From: Macrostomum lignano
Taxonomy: Eukaryota
Direction of reading: 5' to 3'
DNA length: 64,000 nt
NCBI GenBank assembly: GCA_002269645.1
Contig: NIVC01003642.1
Span: 1-64,000, forward strand
The notes under the pieces are model-generated. The model was not told where the DNA came from, searched no databases, and saw only the letters and a program-made list of their open reading frames with translations. Below, one piece after another: positions 14,101 to 23,433 of this stretch. Within the stretch, counting starts at the first letter, position 1. Each line of letters begins with the position of its first letter. A program made the translations under genes and the position numbers.

Positions 14101-17100
14101 TGTTTTATATGCATGCTAATGTACTTTAAAATTGTAGGGAAAAAAAAGAAAATTTTCATGCTTTAACAGTAGAGTATTATTATCTATGTACAAGTAGAAC
14201 AGCAGAGAGTAGAACAGCAGAGAGTAGAACAGCAGAGAGTAGAACAGCAGAGAGTAGAACAGCAGAGAGTAGAACAGCAGAGAGTAGAACAGCTGAGAGT
14301 AGAACAGCTGAGAATGGAACAGCAGAGAGTAGAACAGTAGAGAGTAGAATAGCATAACGGTAAAGCAGTAGGTAAAATACCATTACTGTAGTGATAATAA
14401 ATTTCACTAACCGCAAATGTTCCCTAGTCGTCATGGCAACCGCAAACCCATGTCACAAACAAAAATTTATCAATCCGCAGCGCTCTCCGACCGGCGAGCT
14501 CCCAGCCTCAGTCCGCCAGCAGCATCGCTAGGCCGCATCCGCAGTCTGCCACCGCCGCTTTTAAGGTAGGCAATTTCTTCTGTTGCTTTGAGATGTATTT
14601 TTTGTTGTGGTTATTGTTGTTGTTTCTGTTGCTTGCTGTTACAATGGCTATGGAAACTTTTACTCATTTTTATTTATCTTTAGCTATAGTTGCATCTGTA
14701 TCTCTGTCAATCTTATCGAACAGCTGCATTGATTTCTTAATCCCCATATGGATAATCCCACTCTCGCGTGCCCAGTTTGATGCCTGGTCCCCGACCCCAG
14801 TCCCTGCCGCCGCTGCCGAAGCTGCGAAGCTCAACGCCGATTCGCAGTCTTCTGGCGGCAGCGACTCCGACTCTGACAACGACAACGAAGACGTTGCTGC
14901 TGTTGATGGCAATGAAGCTTCATCGACAGCAACTTCGTCGAGGTCCTCCGCTGCAGCTGAGGTCTCTACCCCGATGTCGCCTTCAATGTCGCCACTGAGA
15001 CCGACGCAGCAGCCGCAGCCGCCGCCTGTAGCTCCGCGTCGAGCCTCGGGCATCCGGCCGCCGGCTCCCGTGCCCGGATTTGTCGCCAAGCAGCCAGCCT
15101 CGCCGCCTCCGAGCGTCGTTGCAACGACCCCAGCTGCGGCGGCCGCCGCTAGATCGCGAATCCCCATCGCCGCTCAGCCGGCAATCGTCGGCGCCGTCGG
15201 CGGCGCCAAGTCGTCCGGTGGTGGAAATGGCAGCGTCGACCGACCGTCGGGCATCCCGACGCCTGTGCAGTTTCAACTGGTGCGTGGCTGACGTCGGTTA
15301 TTTGCATTGCCAACGGTCCTTGGGTTTGGGTTCGAGTCTGCTTTTCGTACAATTCATTGCCCGAGGGCCAATCTTTATGGCATAGAGTGTACACGCTGCT
15401 TGACGATGATACATTCAGGTACAGCCTGTGTGAGCATGTACACCTTGTGTGAGCGTGTACACCCTGTGTGAGTTTGTACACATTGTGTGAGCATTTACAC
15501 TCTGTACACCCTCTGTGAGTTTGTACACCTTCTGTGAGTTTGTACACCCTGTGTGAGTTTGTACACCCTGTGTGAGTTTGTACACCCTGTGTGAGTTTGT
15601 ACACCCTGTGTGAGTTTGTACACCCTGTGTGAGTTTGTACACCTGTGAGTTTGTACACCCTCTGTGAGTTTGTACACCCTGTGTGAGTTTGTACACCCTG
15701 TGTGAGTTTGTACACCATGTGTGAGTTTGTACACCCTGTGTGAGTTTGTACACCCTGTGTGAGTTTGTACACCCTCTGTGAGTTTGTACACCTTCTGTGA
15801 GTTTGTACACCCTCTGTGAGTTTGTACACCCTCTGTGAGTTTGTACACCCTGTGTGAGTTTGTACACCCTCTGTGAGTTTGTACACCCTCTGTGAGTTTG
15901 TACACCCTCTGTGAGTTTGTACACCCTGTGTGAGTTTGTACACCGTGTGTGAGCATTTACACTCTATGCACCCTGCCTGAGCGTGTACCTAAGTAACGTA
16001 TCTGTGTTTGTGTGCGTCTGCGTGCTCTGGGTTTAGCTGAATGAGCACGACCGCTTGCCTCCATGGGGGTTCGATACAGAATCGTGCTTGGCATTGTTGA
16101 GCTACCCCATGGACATCTCAAGCTAGAGATCTGGAAAGAAGTTTGTAAAAAAATGGGCTGGTCTCACATAGTATGGGAGATAAACTACTAACAAGTAGTT
16201 GTTCTAGCGTTATACATTATTAGAAGTGAGGTCCTTCTAGGTGAGGTCCTTCTAGTTGAGGTCCTTAATCGTTCAAAATAAAACTTGTAATGGTTCACAT
16301 GACCAAGAGTCTTACCCCTGATGTAAGCCTTGCCTGTATGTGTGTTTGTTACTACTAATAGCAGTGCATGTAATTTCAGAAACTGTAACGTTGTCAGTTC
16401 AGCTTGCTTCACTAAAAGGTAACGCAGAGAAGTCAACCAGTTAGAGGCGTCTGCAATTAATCAATATTAATCCGAGTCGAAATTAATTCCTGCTTGATCT
16501 CTACAGCTACGAGCGTAAAGCGCAAAATCTAAAATCCAAAAATTGACATTTTGCATCTTTTTAAAAACACAATCTTTGATTTCTTTGACAGCTAGCAGCT
16601 TTTTGTGCAGTGTTTCTGTTGCACCATTCTATTGTTCTCTTTACTATTTTACTCTTTTGGTGTTGTGCTTTTGTTAATAAACTGCAATGTTGGTTTTCTA
16701 TTTCGACTGGGGAGGCCGTAGCCCAGCGTGCCAGCGGCCCAGGCTCGTTTCCAAGTGCAGTCACATTAATTTGAAGCTAAATTGGAATCTTGGCTTGGCT
16801 CTGCTTGTGCAATTAACGCCCTTGAGAGCCAACCCCCCAAGGCACAGTGAAGTGTACATGCCTAACGATAAATAAAGTTAGGGCCGCTGTACACTCCTGT
16901 GTGAGTGTGTGCCTGTGCGTATGACTGCGTACGTATCCGCGCGCTTGTGTGCCTGCTCAGGGGAGTCGGCGGAATGGGCAGTAATGCCTCTCGCCGGTTG
17001 TGTGACGAAAATGTCGCTTAAAGTGCGCCAGGGGACATAGGCTGACACAGGCCATGACACAGGCCATGACACAGGCCATGAGACAGGCTATGATCGACAC

Positions 17101-18339
17101 ATGGTATGACACACAGGGTATGACTGGGTATGACACATGGTATGACACACAGGGTATGACACAGGCTATGACACCTGGTATGACACACAGGGTATGACAC
17201 ACAGGGTATGACGCAGGGTATGACACAGGGTATGACACAGGGTATGACACACAGGGTATGACACAGGGTATGACACAGGGTATGACACAGGGTATGACGC
17301 AGGGTATGACACACAGGGTATGACGCAGGGTATGACACACAGGGTATGACAGGGTATGACACAGGGTATGACACAGGGTATGACACACAGGGTATGACGC
17401 AGGGTATGACACACAGGGTATGACAGGGTATGACACAGGGTATGACACACAGGGTATGACAGGGTATGACACAGGGTATGACACACAGGGTATGACACAG
17501 GGTATGACACAGGGTATGACACAGGGTATGACACACAGGGGATGACACAGGGTATGACACAGGCTGACACAGGCTGACACAGGGTATGATACAGGGTATG
17601 ACACAAGATATGACACAGGGTATGACGCAGGGTATGACAAGGTATGACACAGGGTATGACACAGGCTGACACAGGCTGACACAGGGTATGACACACAGGG
17701 TATGACACAAGATATGACACAGGGTATGATACAGGGTATGACGCAGGGTATGACACAAAGGGTATGACAGGGTATGACACAGGGTATGACACAGGCTGAC
17801 ACAGGCTGACACAGGGTATGACACAGGGTATGACACAGGCTGACACAGGGTATGACACAGGGTATGACACAGGCTGACACAGGGTATGACACGGGGTATG
17901 ACACAGGCTGACACAGGGTATGACACAGGCTGACACAGGCTGACACAGGGTATGACACAGGCTAGGACAATGATCCAATGCGGTTGTTTGCAGGTATGAT
18001 TCAATTACTCGTATATATGATTATTGTCAGTAAAACCTCTACTCGTAATTAAAGTTGAAACTATAAGTTGCAAACCTATATATAATTAATGTTTTTCTTC
18101 ACCGAATTCTTACAAAGATCCCTTCATCCTCTCCCATGGTTTTCCAGCAGCCGCAGCAGCAGCCGCAGCAGCAGCCGCACTCCCAGACGTCGTCAGCCAA
18201 TCGGCACAAGGTCAACCGTCGAGCTGGGCGGCCCATCGTTGCTACTAACAGTAGTGCTATTAGTAGCAGTAGTAGTAGCTACAGTAGTCAACCGCATTAC
18301 GCGTCAAGTAGGCCCGTTCGTTTGAGTACCCTTTTGTAG
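2485..18339 (+). CDS. EPB41L5: FERM + FERM-adjacent domain protein, Yurt/EPB41L5 (EPB41L4B)-like; 15 coding exons, ~792 aa
   Basis: Hand-spliced exons, all GT-AG and phase-consistent: 2485-2607, 3093-3252, 4034-4115, 4211-4311, 5185-5311, 5401-5488, 9258-9346, 9457-9526, 9955-10331, 12452-12561, 12932-13058, 13483-13626, 14481-14565, 14776-15279, 18148-18339 (sum 2379 nt = 793 codons). The translation has family-typical FERM motifs: [91 protein letters not shown]. An FA-like SRF..S.RTE..FERRPS follows. The C-terminus RLSTLL* is a class I PDZ-binding motif. The low-complexity 3' exons (12452 onward) are less certain than the FERM exons. Confidence 0.9.
3410..3963. repeat. Intronic minisatellite ~16-19 bp (CCATGACCCAAACTAT)
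   Basis: Tandem copies in Yurt intron 2. Confidence 0.9.
4410..4950. repeat. Intronic minisatellite ~30 bp (AGCAAAAGTACACTGAAAGTCTGGAGGATT)
   Basis: Tandem copies in Yurt intron 4. Confidence 0.9.
5575..6515. repeat. Intronic minisatellite 23 bp (AATTGAGTCATGAACTGTTCCAT), ~40 copies
   Basis: Tandem copies; most units contain TGAGTCA. Confidence 0.95.
7015..8770. repeat. Intronic minisatellite 19-20 bp (GTTGTAGCCTAGTGAGGGG), ~90 copies
   Basis: Homogeneous tandem copies directly upstream of SINE copy C. Confidence 0.95.
8770..8990 (+). mobile_element. SINE family 1 copy C (body), preceded by A-box-like minisatellite
   Basis: GAGGGCCAACCCCAAAGGCACAGAGATGTACATGCCTTACGAT...GTCAGGGCTGCTATACAC...CTCAGGAGTCAGCGGAACGGGCAG aligns by eye with the other copies. 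Confidence 0.7.
9003..9150. repeat. Short 25-bp tandem repeat (ATTATCTGATCCCATATCGATCCTC)
   Basis: About 5-6 copies. Confidence 0.8.
9610..9920. repeat. Degenerate ~30-bp repeat (TAATCCTCATTTGAGGCATTTAATC)
   Basis: Tandem copies with an internal CCTCA-TT-TGAGG mini-hairpin. Confidence 0.8.
10350..10910. repeat. Minisatellite 22 bp (AGGGTGAAGCTGACAGGATGAC)
   Basis: Tandem copies starting ~20 bp after the exon 9 donor. Confidence 0.95.
11128..11177. repeat. (CT)n microsatellite
   Basis: Direct. Confidence 0.95.
11466..11492 (+). CDS. Candidate 27-nt symmetric micro-exon of the Yurt-like gene
   Basis: TTAG|...|GTGAGT boundaries; 27 nt; open in the phase-2 frame linking exons 9955-10331 and 12452-12561 (QYRRAQRV). 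No homology support. Confidence 0.3.
11660..12000 (+). mobile_element. tRNA-headed SINE, family 1, apparently full-length copy A
   Basis: Head GGTGGCCGTAGCCTAGTGG (Pol III A-box-like) and GGCTCGATTCC (B-box-like). The body is nearly identical to 16709-17035 and shares its core with 8770-8990, 15362-16030, 22738-22915 and 44280-44460. Confidence 0.8.
12690..12835. repeat. 32-bp tandem repeat (AGGGTAAGGGATTGAGCCATTGTGCGTACATT)
   Basis: About 4-5 copies. Confidence 0.85.
13074..13360. repeat. 16-bp minisatellite (GATTGTGAAGCTTGGG)
   Basis: Tandem copies. Confidence 0.9.
14192..14350. repeat. 15-bp minisatellite (AGTAGAACAGCAGAG)
   Basis: Tandem copies. Confidence 0.9.
15362..16030 (+). mobile_element. 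Degenerate SINE family 1 copy F, split by an internal minisatellite expansion
   Basis: GAGGGCCAATCTTTATGGCATAGAGTGTACACGCTGCTTGACGATGATACATTCAGG matches the SINE core. The array unit TGTACACCCTGTGTGAG is the next SINE segment, and sequence after the array resembles the SINE 3' body. Confidence 0.6.
15425..15965. repeat. 19-bp minisatellite (TGTACACCCTGTGTGAGTT)
   Basis: Tandem copies inside SINE copy F. Confidence 0.95.
16709..17035 (+). mobile_element. SINE family 1 copy B (short deletion in tRNA head)
   Basis: Long near-identical blocks shared with 11660-12000, e.g. GTGAAGTGTACATGCCTAACGATAAATAAAGTTAGGGCCGCTGTACACTCCTGTGTGAG and GGGGAGTCGGCGGAATGGGCAGTAATGCCTCTCGCCGGTTGTGTGAC. Confidence 0.8.
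17040..17965. repeat. 11-13 bp minisatellite (GGGTATGACACA)
   Basis: Tandem copies beginning at the 3' end of SINE copy B. Confidence 0.95.
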
Positions 18340-18494
18340 CAACTGACTCACCACCTCATGTTTCTGTCGAGGGTCGAGGGTCAATTTCTCTTGATTGTCA
18401 TTAAATAGCGTAGAGTTTTTGGTCTAATTTTGAGTTTTTTAGTTTAAAACAGCTTTGGTATGCTTCAATATTTTTTGAGATAATTCACTTGAGT

Positions 18495-19370
18495 TATTCA
18501 CTTAGGTTTGAGATTATTCATTTAGGTTTGAGATTATTCACTTAGGCTTGGGATCATTCACTTAGGCTTGAGATCATTCACTTAGGCTTGGGTTATTCAC
18601 TTAGGCTTGGGATCATTCACTTAGGCTTGGGTTATTCACTTAGGCTTGGGTTGTTCACTTAGGCTTGGGATCATTCACTTAGGCTTGAGATCATTCACTT
18701 AGGCTTGGGTTATTCACTTAGGCTTGGGATCATTCACTTAGGCTTGGGATCATTCACTTAGGCTTGGGTTATTCACTTAGGCTTGGGTTATTCACTTAGG
18801 CTTGGGATCATTCACTTAGGCTTGGGATCATTCACTTAGGCTTGAGATCATTCACTTAGGCTTGGGTTATTCACTTAGGCTTGGGATCATTCACTTAGGC
18901 TTGAGATCATTCACTTAGGCTTGGGTTATTCACTTAGGCTTGGGATCATTAACTTAGGCTTGAGATCATTCACTTAGGCTTGGGTTATTCACTTAGGCTT
19001 GGGTTATTCACTTAGGCTTGGGATCATTCACTTAGGCTTGAGATCATTCACTTAGGCTTGAGATCATTCACTTAGGCTTGGGTTATTCACTTAGGCTTGG
19101 GTTATTCACTTAGGCTTGGGTTATTCACTTAGGCTTGGGATCATTCACTTAGGCTTGGGATCATTCACTTAGGCTTGAGATCATTCACTTAGGCTTGGGT
19201 TATTCACTTAGGCTTGGGATCATTCACTTAGGCTTGGGTTATTCACTTAGGCTTGGGTTATTCACTTAGGCTTGGGATCATTAACTTAGGCTTGAGATCA
19301 TTCACTTAGGCTTGAGATCATTCACTTAGGATTGGGATGATTCACTTAGGCTTGAGATCATTCACTTAGT
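18495..19370. repeat. 21-22 bp minisatellite (ATTCACTTAGGCTTGGGATC)
   Basis: Tandem copies just downstream of the Yurt stop codon. Confidence 0.95.
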
Positions 19371-20176
19371 ATTTTGTGATCCTTGAATAACTTTACAGAT
19401 AATTCTTACAGAGAATAACCTTCGCTAGTTTAGTTGTAAATTTTGCGACAAAAACTAATTTATGTTTTGTACTAAACTATTTATCGCGTATTACTTTTGT
19501 CACTAAAATGATTATGATTTATTTTAATCACACATTCCCTATTGGCTGTGCTAGCTGCGAATGGTGTACGGTAGGCCAGCCCGTGTTTACACATTAAATT
19601 GTGATTCGAAGTCATGTATTTATTTCAGTTTTATAATTATATGTGTACTGTTTTACTATTTAAAATCTGGTACACGCTTTTATTATAAAAATATTCATAA
19701 TTGTTTTATTTACACGCATTGGCGCCTACTTAATGCGAGTATTATATTAGTAGTCTATTGAGGATTGCGTGTGATGATTTCTAGTGGACATTCAATACAC
19801 ATTCAATCTTTGCACTAACTGTTTTTTGATCTGCGGGGGGATGTTCGGGGGGCCCAATGTATTACTGACCTAAGCCTAAGCTAGCAATCCAACTATATAC
19901 TAAATATTGATTGTGTCAAACTTATTTCTGTTAGCCCAGAAATCAACATACTTTCATCTACTATGAGTAATGTGTAGTGTGTAGCTACCCAGCTTTCCCG
20001 TCGCTTCCATGACAAACCTGCAGTCTTTGTTTATTGTCCTATATTCTGTTTATAATTTTCTAAGAATATTCATGCGTATTGCCTTTGTAGTTTTGTTCGT
20101 AAGTTTTTTTTTAATAACGGAGTAAATATTACAGAAAATATTGCAAACTTAATTCAACAAATGAAGCTGTCCTAAC

Positions 20177-20612
20177 CACAGATGCTAGAATAACCGGATG
20201 TGCCACTCAGCACATTTGCGTGTAAGCTATTTTCAGTTCAGTAGCAAGTTAAACAGAAGCATTTTAATGTATTTTTAAAGCCAAGGCTCATTTATTGTCT
20301 CTTAAACCCTTCAACCGCGCCTTTCCACACTACCCCCCTCGCCCCGCCCCAATTTTTATTGCCTTTCTCGGAATTCCAGCCTAAAGCGGCCATGTACATT
20401 TCAGTGGACTGGCTAATGTACATTATTGCTGAACCAATTAGCAAGCTGTTTACGCCTGCAAGCTTGGGCTTCTAAACTTATCAAAGTCATTTCAGCTGGC
20501 TTTATTTTTATAAAATAGCTTATGTATTCTTCTTTGCTACTGAACTGAAAGTAGAAAGCTGTTTTACTAAGTATATGCCTGAGTGGCCCATCTGGTTATT
20601 CTTGTATCTGTG
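20177..20612. mobile_element. MITE with long degenerate terminal inverted repeats and near-perfect 8-bp TSD (hAT/P-like)
   Basis: Left end CACAGATGCTAGAATAACCGGATGTGCCACTCAG versus reverse complement of the right end CACAGATACAAGAATAACCAGATGGGCCACTCAG. A further inverted block TTTCAGTTCAGTAGCAA lies inside. Flanks are GTCCTAAC / ATCCTAAC (7 of 8 identical). Confidence 0.7.
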
Positions 20613-21119
20613 ATCCTAACTAAACTGTGTTATTAAATGCATAGGTAGTATACGAACTAGATGTGTCACCTGAGCACTTAATATATAGTGTTTTATTATA
20701 CTTGCAAATAAATTTAGATTGTCTTTTTCTCAAAATACTACTGCACAGCTGCTGTACACAGGTGACATATCTAGGGTATTATGTACTATCTACGACCTAT
20801 GATTGATTACGTATGAATTCACTAATTCGACATGTATTCCGCGCATTCCAAGTCTTTTATAACATTTTGAACTAGTTACATTCCAATTCCAAATGGAACT
20901 ATTGATGAGTTTTCATTAGTATGAATGCACTTGATTACCTGGAATAACTAATAACTAATCAGATTGCATTAGTTCGATAGGGCTGACTTGTTTTTAACAC
21001 AGATTTTTAATTAAAAAGTAAAAATACACATTTATTGCGATTCGTACAAATACTCGTATTGACTTTGCACTCTTTTGACTAGTTGTGCGAGAACTGTTGA
21101 AAGTCGGAGTTTTGAGTTC

Positions 21120-22730
21120 CATTGTCAGAGTTAAGTCATTTCTGTGTTCCATTGTCAGAGTTGAGTCATTTCTGTGTTCCATTGTCAGAGTTGAGTCATT
21201 TCTGTGTTCCATTGTCAGAGTTAAGTCATTTCTGTGTTCCATTGTCTGAGTTGAGTCATTTCTGTGTTCCATTGTCAGAGTTGAGTCATTTCAGTGTTCC
21301 ATTGTCAGAGTTGAGTCATTTCAGTGTTCCATTGTCAGAGTTGAGTCATTTCAGTGTTTCATTGTCACAGTTGAGTCATTTCAGTGTTTCATTGTCACAG
21401 TTGAGTCATTTCTGTGTTCCATTGTCACAGTTGAGTCATTTCTGTGTTCCATTGTCAGAGTTGAGTCATTTCTGTGTTCCATTGTCTGAGTTAAGTCATT
21501 TCTGTGTTCCATTGTCACAGTTGAGTCATTTCAGTGTTTCATTGTCAGAGTTGAGTCATTTCTGTGTTCCATTGTCTGAGTTGAGTCATTTCAGTGTTCC
21601 ATTGTCTGAGTTGAGTCATTTCAGTGTTTCATTGTCACAGTTGAGTCATTTCAGTGTTCCATTGTCTGAGTTGAGTCATTTCTGTGTTCCATTGTCAGAG
21701 TTGAGTCATTTCAGTGTTCCATTGTCACAGTTGAGTCATTTCAGTGTTTCATTGTCTGAGTTGAGTCATTTCAGTGTTCCATTGTCTGAGTTGAGTCATT
21801 TCAGTGTTCCATTGTCAGAGTTGAGTCATTTCTGTGTTTCATTGTCAGAGTTGAGTCATTTCAGTGTTCCATTGTCAGAGTTGAGTCATTTCAGTGTTTC
21901 ATTGTCAGAGTTGAGTCATTTCAGTGTTTCATTGTCAGAGTTGAGTCATTTCAGTGTTCCATTGTCTGAGTTGAGTCATTTCAGTGTTTCATTGTCAGAG
22001 TTGAGTCATTTCAGTGTTTCATTGTCAGAGTTGAGTCATTTCTGTGTTCCATTGTCTGAGTTGAGTCATTTCAGTGTTCCATTGTCTGAGTTGAGTCATT
22101 TCAGTGTTTCATTGTCACAGTTGAGTCATTTCAGTGTTCCATTGTCTGAGTTGAGTCATTTCTGTGTTCCATTGTCAGAGTTGAGTCATTTCAGTGTTCC
22201 ATTGTCACAGTTGAGTCATTTCAGTGTTTCATTGTCTGAGTTGAGTCATTTCAGTGTTCCATTGTCTGAGTTGAGTCATTTCAGTGTTTCATTGTCAGAG
22301 TTGAGTCATTTCTGTGTTTCATTGTCAGAGTTGAGTCATTTCAGTGTTCCATTGTCAGAGTTGAGTCATTTCAGTGTTTCATTGTCAGAGTTGAGTCATT
22401 TCTGTGTTTCATTGTCAGAGTTGAGTCATTTCAGTGTTCCATTGTCAGAGTTGAGTCATTTCAGTGTTTCATTGTCAGAGTTGAGTCATTTCAGTGTTTC
22501 ATTGTCAGAGTTGAGACATTTCAGTGTTTCATTGTCAGAGTTGAGTCATTTCAGTGTTCCATTGTCAGAGTTGAGTCATTTCAGTGTTCCATTGTCAGAG
22601 TTGAGTCATTTCAGTGTTTCATTGTCAGAGTTGAGTCATTTCAGTGTTTCATTGTCAGAGTTGAGTCATTTCAGTGTTCCATTGTCAGAGTTGAGTCATT
22701 TCAGTGTTTCATTGTCAGAGTTGAGACATG
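21120..22730. repeat. 30-bp minisatellite (ATTGTCAGAGTTGAGTCATTTCAGTGTTTC), ~53 copies
   Basis: Tandem copies; most units contain TGAGTCA. Confidence 0.95.
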
Positions 22731-22737
22731 TCACTCT

Positions 22738-22915
22738 CACCTGACCCCTGAGCACGCACTTGGATAGTGTACGCAAGCATGCATTCATAAACACGATCAC
22801 ACAGGGTGTACAGCGGCCCTGATTGCTCATCGTCAGGCATGTACATATACACCCTTTGTGCCAATTGGTGTTTGACCCTCATTGGTGTGAATTGCACGAC
22901 AAACCCCTAGATCAA
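22738..22915 (-). mobile_element. SINE family 1 copy E (partial)
   Basis: The reverse complement reads ...GTACATGCCTGACGATGAGCAATCAGGGCCGCTGTACACCCTGTGTGA...GCTCAGGGG. Confidence 0.7.
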
Positions 22916-23433
22916 TTTCCGTGCACACCAGCCCCAATGTTAATTTCACCTTGCTAATATGTTATAATACCCAGGGGGTACTTTGGCGCTGATCTGCCCT
23001 GCCCCCTCAAAAGCAGCCCTAAAAGTACATTGTAGTGTCAGTTTTAGATTTTCCACTTTCCTGCCCTCTAGAAAGTTAAGTGTAGGATAAACTTTCTAAA
23101 CAAGAAAACGAACGCTTCTGTCAGCTGAAAAACAGCAAATTATTTGTAACGCTTTTTCTTGAAGCAAAATCTGCAACATTAGGGTAGGAATTTCTTCCAG
23201 GCTTGAAGAGTTAAGGATAAATCTTCCCATACCGGCATCTGGGAAGAGCCGCGAGAACGGAAAGGGTCAGCGGGATCCGATTGGCTGAGGGCAGGGTTGC
23301 AACCCACAGCCCCAGAGTGCGGCTGTGTCGGATACATACATCAGTCACTGCACAGAGTCTGCAACCCAGCAGCTTCTAGCAGCTAAGAGTGGAATTCTTG
23401 TTTTGAATCGAAGCATCCCAGCTCAATGCCAGC

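Noticed and set aside
14593-14775. Hydrophobic, signal/TM-like N-terminus of ORF 14593-15291
   Set aside because: It lies between a valid donor (14565) and acceptor (14775) and is T-rich intron sequence.
16030-16112. CCATGGGG...CCCCATGG hairpin with GGTTCGATAC B-box-like loop
   Set aside because: It cannot be folded as a tRNA and has no second copy in the window.
18495-19370. TTAGGC (nematode telomere-like) hexamer in each repeat unit
   Set aside because: It is a single hexamer within a 21-22 bp unit, not a tandem telomeric tract.
21122-22744. 540-aa ORF (LSELSHFSV repeats) and similar long ORFs at 16957-18004, 33339-34217, 43036-43891, 45632-46829, 52796-53585 and 59570-62152
   Set aside because: They are stop-free translations of tandem repeats, open in several frames or strands, and lie in introns or intergenic DNA.
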